From: an uncultured bacterium
Lineage (GTDB): Bacteria > Zixibacteria > MSB-5A5 > CAIYYT01
Assembly (NCBI GenBank): GCA_963726455.1
Contig: CAVSCK010000004.1
Span: 608,001-672,000, forward strand
Reading direction: 5' to 3'
DNA: 64,000 nucleotides
Both the position numbers and the translations under genes were made by a program. The notes under the pieces are model-generated. The model was not told the DNA's origin. It saw nothing but the letters and a program-made list of their open reading frames with translations, and made no database searches. This document shows, in pieces, positions 57,307 through 64,000 of this stretch; positions within the stretch are counted from its first letter, which is position 1, and every line of letters begins with the position of its first letter.

Positions 57307-59535
57307 ATGCCCCGCATGTTTCTTTTGCTATCGATTTTCCTGGCATTCACGGTTACGGCGATCGCACAGGAAAAGACCTACGACTACAACAACCTCAGCC
57401 CGCAGGACATTCAAGAGCTGAAGGCAGATCGCCACAAATTCTATACAGCCGAGAAGGCGGGACAGGATCTCGCCATTAAAGAGCGGCTGGCAATGCGCAA
57501 TGTCCTGATCGACGGCAATCAGGCCGATTACGACGTTCGGTATTACGGCATCAACGTTAAGATCGATTTCAGCACTTACACGATTCAGGGGCACGTTGAC
57601 TACAAGATTCGCTCAAATATTGCAGCGCTAAATTCGATCGATCTCAATCTGCACGATCAACTGACCGTCGACTCCGTGAGATTCGGCAGTACGCCGGCCT
57701 CGTATAGCCGGGCTGCGGGCATACTGACCATAACGACACCCTCTCCTTACGCCCTGAATGCCGAATTCGATATGGCGGTATATTATCACGGGGCTCCCTA
57801 TTTCGACGGCACACTGGGGATGTTCTTTGGCAGCGTTTACGGTTACCAGATGTGTTACACAAACTGCGAGCCGTTCGGATCGCGTAATTGGTGGCCATGC
57901 AAAGACTATCCCTTGGATAAGCCAGACTCGGTTGACATCTATGTAGATTACCCCTCTTCATATAAGGTGGCCTCGAACGGTATCATCATTACCGACGTGG
58001 CAAATGGTACCGGCAGAAAGCTGGTCCACTATAAGCACAAATATCCGATTGCCACGTATCTGGTGGCGTTTGCCTGCGCTAATTTCGTGAACGGGCAACA
58101 GATCTGGACGTACAACTCGATCAATATGCCGGTCGTAACCTACACCCTGCCGAATGCCGGCGCCGCCAAGGCGTCATTCGAAACCTGGATGCCACCGGTG
58201 CTCACGAGACTCAGCGACAAATTCGGCACCTACCCGTTCTATACGGAGAAAGCGGGCAGTGCCCATTTCGGCTGGGGCGGAGCGATGGAACACCAGACTT
58301 GCACGTTCTACAATCCGACTTTCTATAACGACTGGGTAATTGCCCACGAGACCGCCCACCAATGGTTCGGCGACATGATTACCTGCAAGACCTTCAATCA
58401 TGTCTGGCTCAACGAGGGTTTCGCCTCCTATGGCGAAGCCCTGTTTTTTGAGGCCAATGCCGGCGGTTCACTGACCACATACCTCAATTATATGCAGACG
58501 CAGAAATATCTTGGCCCTGGGACTGTCTTTGTTGAGAACCTGCAGACGGACGACATCTTTGACAACAACCTGTCCTATAACAAGGGCTCGTGGGTACTGC
58601 ATATGTTGCGGGGAGTCCTGGGTGATACCACCTTCTTCCGAGTGCTGAGAGAATACGGCAACTCCCAATACCGGTTCAATTCGCTGACAACCGAGGATTT
58701 CTCGAACTTCGTTTCGTCGCGGGTCGGCACCGATATGTACTGGTTCTTCCACGAGTGGATTTATGGCGACGGCCAACCGGATTACCAGATCACGTGGCAG
58801 TGCCAGCGGGATACGTCGGCATTGGGCGGATTCAACGTGTACGTGTTCATCGAGCAGACCCAGACCGGCGGGACCTACTTCAAGATGCCGATCAAGACAA
58901 AATTCATCAGAACCGGCGGCACGCTCGATACGACGATTTGGAATGAAGGCAAAGGCCAGCTTTACGATCTGCATTTCCCGGATTCACTTACTAGTATCGT
59001 CCTCGATCAGCAGGAATGGATATTGCGGACGGTTCAGACGATTCCCTTCGGAATGCGAATTGTAACGGTAGCGCCGCCGAATGGCGAGGTAAACAGCCCC
59101 TATTTCTGGCAATTGGAGGCACTGGGCGGTACGCCGCCGTATCACTGGACCATGCTCGGCGGAGATTTACCTTACGGTCTCACGTTCAACGGTGACACGG
59201 TCGGTACGATAACGGGGACACCAACGTATGCTGCGACTTTCTACTACACGCTGGAAATGACCGATAGCAGTGTACCGGCGCAATCCGAGACCCGCGACTA
59301 CATTCACGTCATAAACAAGCAACAGCAAACGGCGATCTGTGGCGACGCGAACGCTGACGGCCACATTGACATTTCGGACGCCGTGTATATCATCAATTAC
59401 ATTTTTGCGAACGGACCAACGCCCAACCCGACGGTGCGAGGCGATGCCGATTGCAGCGGAAACATTGACATCTCGGACGTAGTATTCCTGATAAATTACA
59501 TTTTCGCCGGCGGACAGACTCCGCATTGTCCTTAG
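57307..59535 (+). CDS. Secreted M1-family zinc aminopeptidase with putative Ig domain and C-terminal dockerin-like domain
   Basis: Signal peptide; GGAMEH; HETAHQWFG...WLNEGFASY; GGTPPYHW...LP.GL..GTITGTP; duplicated GDAN.DG.IDISD motif. Confidence 0.92.
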   Translation: MPRMFLLLSIFLAFTVTAIAQEKTYDYNNLSPQDIQELKADRHKFYTAEKAGQDLAIKERLAMRNVLIDGNQADYDVRYYGINVKIDFSTYTIQGHVDYKIRSNIAALNSIDLNLHDQLTVDSVRFGSTPASYSRAAGILTITTPSPYALNAEFDMAVYYHGAPYFDGTLGMFFGSVYGYQMCYTNCEPFGSRNWWPCKDYPLDKPDSVDIYVDYPSSYKVASNGIIITDVANGTGRKLVHYKHKYPIATYLVAFACANFVNGQQIWTYNSINMPVVTYTLPNAGAAKASFETWMPPVLTRLSDKFGTYPFYTEKAGSAHFGWGGAMEHQTCTFYNPTFYNDWVIAHETAHQWFGDMITCKTFNHVWLNEGFASYGEALFFEANAGGSLTTYLNYMQTQKYLGPGTVFVENLQTDDIFDNNLSYNKGSWVLHMLRGVLGDTTFFRVLREYGNSQYRFNSLTTEDFSNFVSSRVGTDMYWFFHEWIYGDGQPDYQITWQCQRDTSALGGFNVYVFIEQTQTGGTYFKMPIKTKFIRTGGTLDTTIWNEGKGQLYDLHFPDSLTSIVLDQQEWILRTVQTIPFGMRIVTVAPPNGEVNSPYFWQLEALGGTPPYHWTMLGGDLPYGLTFNGDTVGTITGTPTYAATFYYTLEMTDSSVPAQSETRDYIHVINKQQQTAICGDANADGHIDISDAVYIINYIFANGPTPNPTVRGDADCSGNIDISDVVFLINYIFAGGQTPHCP

Positions 59536-59557
59536 GACGACGACAATCTTGAATTTC

Positions 59558-59593
59558 GAGGCGCGGTCACGATGACCGCGCCTCTTTTTCTTT
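59558..59593 (+). terminator. Rho-independent terminator of the aminopeptidase gene
   Basis: GAGGCGCGGTCA-cga-TGACCGCGCCTC followed by TTTTTCTTT. Confidence 0.85.
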
Positions 59594-59624
59594 CGGCGGG
59601 ATATCTCGTGGTCAAATGGAAGGA

Positions 59625-59670
59625 AATGAAAAGGGCGAACAGCACGGAACGAGGCCGTGACGATTCGCCC
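59625..59670 (-). terminator. Terminator-like hairpin downstream of the 23-aa ORF
   Basis: Minus strand GGGCGAA..CACGG-loop-CCGTG..TTCGCCC followed by TTTTCATTT. Confidence 0.6.
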
Positions 59671-59696
59671 AGATGTCGCTTAGCGAAGATTGGCTA

Positions 59697-59768
59697 TTAC
59701 TTCTTGGGTTTCTTCGACGGTTTCTTTTTCGTCTCTCTCTTAATGTCTCTCTTGCCTTTGGCTGCCAT
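59697..59768 (-). CDS. Unannotated 23-aa Lys-rich basic peptide MAAKGKRDIKRETKKKPSKKPKK
   Basis: ATG 7 nt after GAGGA; tandem TAA TAG stops; own promoter-like and terminator-like elements. Confidence 0.65.
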   Translation of the reverse strand: MAAKGKRDIKRETKKKPSKKPKK

Positions 59769-60021
59769 AAACAAATCCTCACTTTGGGATTTAGGTTAAC
59801 ACTTTCCTTTGCGTATACGCAAGATCGAATGAGAACGTAGATTGTTAAACATACTTCGCAAATGCTTTTTGCAGAGAAGTCTCTGAAAATGTGCCGCTTG
59901 ATTCGTCCGGGTAGTAATTCGCGCCTGCCGTGAATGTGATTGCTCCGGAGGATGGCATTAGCTTACTTCATGGTTGAAAGATGAAGTAATCCTTAGCCAG
60001 AGGAACACAGGAGGAAGATTT

Positions 60022-60600
60022 ATGAAACCGACTCTACGACTGATAATCGCCTGCGCCTTGATTTGCTGGGCCGCAACCGCACCGGCACAAACGGGCGTCG
60101 TAACCAAGAAACCGACGGCACCGGCGATGCCGGAAATGGGAGCATCCAAACAGATCAAGCAACTGTCGGATATGACGGGTGAATGGAAAACAATGATCAA
60201 GTATAAAATGGACCCATCGCAACCGGTGTGGGCAGAGTCGGTCGGCAGTGCCAAATACGAGTATGTTCTGGATAGTTGCGGCATCATAGGGCATTTTTCA
60301 GGTGAGTTCGGCGGCATGGCGATGAACGGCATTATGGTGATTGCGTTCAACCGTGAACTCGGCAGGTATCAGACTTATTGGCTCGAAAGCATGATGGGAA
60401 ATCCCAGCTTCTGGCAAGGGTCGAAGGACTCCACCGGCGCCATCGTCTATACCGGCGTCGACAAGTACCAGGGCAAGGATGTGTACATGCGCATGACTCA
60501 GCGGATGCCCGACAAGAGATCGCTCATTATGAGTTTCGAGGAATCTTATGATGGCAAGACCTACAAACCATCGATGGAGATCACGCACACGAAGCAATAG
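60022..60600 (+). CDS. Secreted DUF1579-family protein
   Basis: Signal peptide; L..MTGEW...G.A....LD...F.G..MNG....FNRELGRYQTYWLESMM; strong GGAGG RBS. Confidence 0.75.
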   Translation: MKPTLRLIIACALICWAATAPAQTGVVTKKPTAPAMPEMGASKQIKQLSDMTGEWKTMIKYKMDPSQPVWAESVGSAKYEYVLDSCGIIGHFSGEFGGMAMNGIMVIAFNRELGRYQTYWLESMMGNPSFWQGSKDSTGAIVYTGVDKYQGKDVYMRMTQRMPDKRSLIMSFEESYDGKTYKPSMEITHTKQ

Positions 60601-60630
60601 GTTCGGGGGACGATTATCAAAATCTGTACA

Positions 60631-60669
60631 CAAAAGAAAACGCGGTCGAGTCTGGGTCTCGACCGCGTT
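60631..60669 (-). terminator. Terminator between convergent DUF1579 and receiver genes
   Basis: AACGCGGTCGAG-N7-CTCGACCGCGTT flanked by an A tract (U tract on the minus strand). Confidence 0.75.
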
Positions 60670-60705
60670 CGCCTTTACAGGGCCACCAAACTTCTGATCA
60701 TCCGG

Positions 60706-61116
60706 TTATGCCCAATCAACCGAATACTGAGCGGCGCCGGTTTGATCCCGCGATACGATGTGACTGCTAAGCAGTGTCTTGACGGTTTCTTTGAGTTCCG
60801 CAAGGTCCGGAGTCGACACCAGGCAAGCGTCGGCGAGCCAGGTAGAAAAATCATTCCAAAAGTCGAAGGTTTCAGACGTCATGATCACCGACATTTGCGG
60901 TTTCAAGCTGCGGAGGATCTCCAGCAGGTGATGTGCGCCCGGTTTTTCGCCGACTTCATTCAGAATCACCAGATCCACGGCCGAACGATTATTGAGGAAA
61001 TCGACAACCCCTTCTTCCGATGAAACAACGTACGGAACATACCCCTCAGATTTCAACTCGCTGGCACATTTCTTGCCGAAACGAGTGTCGTCACTGTAGA
61101 CTAAAATTGTGCTCAT
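60706..61116 (-). CDS. Atypical single-domain receiver (pseudo-receiver)
   Basis: REC fold pattern ILVYSDD...DLVILN...VIMTS...ADACLVS; phospho-Asp and conserved Lys replaced. Confidence 0.7.
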   Translation of the reverse strand: MSTILVYSDDTRFGKKCASELKSEGYVPYVVSSEEGVVDFLNNRSAVDLVILNEVGEKPGAHHLLEILRSLKPQMSVIMTSETFDFWNDFSTWLADACLVSTPDLAELKETVKTLLSSHIVSRDQTGAAQYSVDWA

Positions 61117-61644
61117 ACCGCTATCCTCCGTGCAGCTCTCAATATGATTTTGTCTACCCATACAACCAGTTGGTTTCCGTTCGAGTTAAACGTTGCGTAT
61201 CGGTGTTAGCGAGAGGAACCGACACCTAAGCGGGGCGATACAATATCCGAATGAATCTTAATCGGATCAAGTATAAAATCTATTACCGTTGGCTTGTCAC
61301 GCAGCCGCTCCCGCAAAGCGACCTGAGTGAAGTTGGCGGTCAGTACCGAATGCGCCTCTGGACGGTTAGTCGTTCGCCCAGCTGTCTAAAATCTTATACG
61401 CGATTTCGTCGACACCCTTTCGAGATTTTTACAAAAGTTCTATAAAAACTCGCAAGAAAAAAGTACTGACCGGCCATTCGACCGATTTCTGTGGCTTAAT
61501 GCCACTAGAGCAAACTCGGGGTTGATGACGTGTCCGTGAGCAAAAAGTTCAGTCGAAGAACTCTGGGCCACAAACGGATTCTATGTGGTGCTGGCTCGAC
61601 AATTGCTTTACCGAACCACGGTGGCGAATGCGTCTCCGGCTATC

Positions 61645-62943
61645 TCAATACGGATGGACGATGTAGAAGACAGCCGATAGAAGGAACAATATCCACTGCA
61701 TCAGGCTGACTTCCCTGAAACGGCCGGTGAACAACTTGAGCAGCGGCCACGTGACAAAGCCGGCTGTCATGCCGATTCCGATATTGAAGGTGAAACTCAT
61801 GAGGATAATTGTGAGAAACGCCGGGACTAACTCGGTGTAGTCATCGAAGTTGACCTTTCGCACTGACGAAATCATGAAGGCCCCGACAATAATGCATGCC
61901 GGGCCATAAGACTCCGGACCGAGCGAAGTCAGAAGCGGCGCGACAAACAGGGAGAGCAAAAATAGCGCGGCGACTACGAGCGCGGTAAAACCTGTACGTC
62001 CCCCTTCCTCGATTCCCGTTGCCGACTCGATGTAAGCGCCGGTCGTGGTAGTGCCAAGGAGCGGCGCTGCCGTGGTTGCAATGGCATCGGCCAGCATCGG
62101 CTTTTCGATATCGGGCAGATTTCCCTTGTCATCCAGCAAGTTGGCGCGGGAAGATAGTCCGATCAAGGTGCCGATTGTGTCAACCAGTGCCATCACGAAG
62201 ATCATGATAACTACGGCGATTCCTGCCGCGGTGAATGCGCCGGCAAAGTCGATCTTGAAGAGAATCGGTGAGATATCAGGAGGCAGACTAACTAGTTGCG
62301 ACGGAGGTGGCGTTGCTCCGACTAAGACAGAGAATACGCCGGTGGCAACGATTCCTATCAAGATTGCTCCGCGAACCTTGAGAGCCAGTAGAACGGCAAT
62401 TACCAAGACCCCAAACAACGACAGCAGGGCCCTCGCCTCGCCGAGATTGCCCACCGACACTGGCGCACCGGGAACGCCAAGCCGGACAATTCCAGTCTCG
62501 TTAAGGCCGATAAAGGCGAGAAAGATTCCGATGCCGACGGCAAAGCTGTGCTTGAGCGACAAAGGTATCGCCTCGGCGACTTTGGTGCGCAGTTTCGTCA
62601 CGGTCAGCAGGATGAAAAGGACTCCGGCAAAGAAAACCGCCGCCAATGCGGTCTGCCAGGGAAAGCCCATCACTTTGACCACCGTAAAGGCGACAAAGGC
62701 GTTCTCTCCCATATAGGGTGCAATCGCGATCGGCCGGTTGGCGTATAGCGCCATCACGATAGTTCCGATCACCGCCGCGAGAATAGTCGCTGTCATAGAG
62801 GCGCCCCGAGGAATTCCAGCGACCTCCAGGATGGCAGGGTTCACGATAATAATGTAAGCCATTGTCAGGAAGGTCGTGACTCCGGCGATAGTTTCCTGGC
62901 GGTACCCCGTTTGAAATTTGCTGAATTGGAAGAAGCTTCTCAT
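61645..62943 (-). CDS. NCS2/AzgA-family purine permease
   Basis: ETIAGVTTFLTMAYIIIVNP.IL, APYMGENAF, YIESATGIEEGGRTG. Confidence 0.93.
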   Translation of the reverse strand: MRSFFQFSKFQTGYRQETIAGVTTFLTMAYIIIVNPAILEVAGIPRGASMTATILAAVIGTIVMALYANRPIAIAPYMGENAFVAFTVVKVMGFPWQTALAAVFFAGVLFILLTVTKLRTKVAEAIPLSLKHSFAVGIGIFLAFIGLNETGIVRLGVPGAPVSVGNLGEARALLSLFGVLVIAVLLALKVRGAILIGIVATGVFSVLVGATPPPSQLVSLPPDISPILFKIDFAGAFTAAGIAVVIMIFVMALVDTIGTLIGLSSRANLLDDKGNLPDIEKPMLADAIATTAAPLLGTTTTGAYIESATGIEEGGRTGFTALVVAALFLLSLFVAPLLTSLGPESYGPACIIVGAFMISSVRKVNFDDYTELVPAFLTIILMSFTFNIGIGMTAGFVTWPLLKLFTGRFREVSLMQWILFLLSAVFYIVHPY

Positions 62944-63063
62944 TTGGCTGTCCCTATTGCGGAGGGCAAAATAGACGATTCAACACTCTAGAAAAATAAA
63001 TTCTTGGCCGTCAAAGCGGAGTAACAGAATCTGCTTTCACCGATTGAATCATCGTGCGTCAAC

Positions 63064-63143
63064 TGTGCAAACATGGTGCAAGTACGCCGCGATCATGTAA
63101 ACGAGATAAATCGTGCCGGCTTTGCCGGTCGAAAATCCTTACA
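63064..63143. promoter_or_regulatory. Candidate PrsR enhancer boxes upstream of the PEP-CTERM gene
   Basis: TGTGCAAACATGGTGCA (63064-63080) and GGTCGAAAATCCTTACA (63127-63143), both with N11 spacing. Confidence 0.45.
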
Positions 63144-63353
63144 CCAACCCTCCAATCCTAACGCTTCGTAGTTCAACCCGTTAGTGTACTGAGCTAGTTC
63201 GACGCCTTCGCCCTCCGTCGGCATACTGGACAGACAGCAGCTTAGCCGCAAAAATACCGTCATCTGGCGTAAAGTGCAAGATTCATACATCACCTGAACT
63301 GCCTGTGTACGTGTCTGTTAGGAATGCATCACGCAAGGCCGCTTGTTCCGTTC

Positions 63354-63368
63354 TGGCACAAGAGTTGC
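63354..63368 (+). promoter_or_regulatory. Sigma54 -24/-12 promoter of the PEP-CTERM gene
   Basis: TGGCAC-AAGAG-TTGC, a perfect consensus match. Confidence 0.85.
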
Positions 63369-63435
63369 GGGACCATATCTTCGTAATTATTCACTTAAGG
63401 ACAGCTTGAGCCTGTCAGAAAGGATCAATCGAACG

Positions 63436-64000
63436 ATGAAAAAGGTCTTATTGACTGCATTCATGCTTGTCGTCGCGTTTGCGGTTGCTGCGAACGCAGC
63501 CACGTACTCGTTTGCGCCGGTACCCTCGGATTTGGGAGACTTGGATCATACCAGGTACTATTCCTGGGGAATCAACTGGACTCATACCAGTGAGTACATC
63601 ACCGGAGCCACTCTCAGAATCAACCACATTTGGGATTGGACTCATGAAGTAGATTCTCTCTACATTCATTTGCTCGATAACCCGACCCTTGGTGTGACGA
63701 GCGGATTTGATAACGAGGGTGGTGGCGATCACTTTGCCGGTACGCCTTGGATTTCGACCTGGTCGGATCCCTATGGCGACGCCTTACACAAAGCCAATCT
63801 GGCGTACGATCTCGGTGCCCTGGGACTGCTGCCGACGCTGAATACCTATGCGGCTAACGGCAGATTCGGATTCGGGTTCGATGCGGATTGTCATTACTAC
63901 AACGATGGCGTTCAGCTCTGCGTAACCACATCGACCACTCCTCCGAACACTGTTCCGGAGCCGGGAATGCTGACTCTGCTCGGAATCGGGCTCACAGGTG
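63436..64000 (+). CDS. PEP-CTERM sorting-domain protein (3'-truncated; absent from the ORF track)
   Basis: Open frame MKKVLLTAFML...AANA-ATYSF...DLGDLDH..YYSWGI...GFDADCHYYNDG...TTPPNT-VPEPGMLTLLGIGLTG to the window edge. Confidence 0.92.
   Translation, partial: MKKVLLTAFMLVVAFAVAANAATYSFAPVPSDLGDLDHTRYYSWGINWTHTSEYITGATLRINHIWDWTHEVDSLYIHLLDNPTLGVTSGFDNEGGGDHFAGTPWISTWSDPYGDALHKANLAYDLGALGLLPTLNTYAANGRFGFGFDADCHYYNDGVQLCVTTSTTPPNTVPEPGMLTLLGIGLTG

Noticed and set aside
56921-57346. 141-aa minus-strand ORF and 33721-33918 ORF in intergenic gaps
   Set aside because: No recognisable motifs or RBS; both overlap predicted promoter elements.
61507-61525. TTTGCTCTAG shared with the 32488 sigma54 site
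   Set aside because: No GG at the -24 position; likely chance.
62944-63060. Purine riboswitch upstream of the NCS2 permease
   Set aside because: No purine-aptamer core sequence or three-way junction recognisable in the short leader.
1-64000. Frequent CGATCG/TCGA words suggesting a HIP1-like repeat
   Set aside because: Could not be counted; plausibly due to ATC/GAx/TCG codon usage. Needs an observed-versus-expected test with a codon-aware model.

Overview
Bacterial genomic DNA of moderate-to-high GC with no rRNA, tRNA, CRISPR array or transposase detected. The FlgD-type C-terminal domain, Cys-flanked dockerin tails and PorV-like barrels point to an FCB-superphylum organism, possibly a Zixibacteria-like lineage (inference). 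Layout: (1) end of a secreted FlgD/T9SS-CTD protein and sthA; (2) the conserved rimP-nusA-infB-DUF503-rbfA-nrnA-truB-ribF-rpsO-pnp-M16 peptidase operon, then a polysaccharide deacetylase, asnS and leuS; (3) an accessory surface-biogenesis region (19-37.6 kb) with three type IV minor pilins, an atypical signal peptidase I, the PEP-CTERM regulators PrsK/PrsR plus a second sigma54 activator, FN3 and PEGA proteins, a priming glycosyltransferase, a PorV-like protein, an M48 protease, and an S74-chaperoned fibre plus dockerin-adaptor pair bracketed by twin palindromes; (4) GNAT, GH57, TPR and outer-membrane barrel genes; (5) a ~13.5 kb signalling cluster behind a predicted sigma28 promoter that joins an RsbU/W/V partner switch, a HEAT protein, four receivers, CheR/Z/A/B (no MCP, no CheW) and a PAS kinase/sigma54 activator pair; (6) a dockerin-tailed M1 aminopeptidase, an unannotated 23-aa Lys-rich ORF, DUF1579, a pseudo-receiver, an NCS2 permease and a PEP-CTERM protein running off the right edge. 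At least five single-base frameshifts, including one in asnS, are probably sequencing errors. All family calls come from motif recognition by eye; no database search was run.
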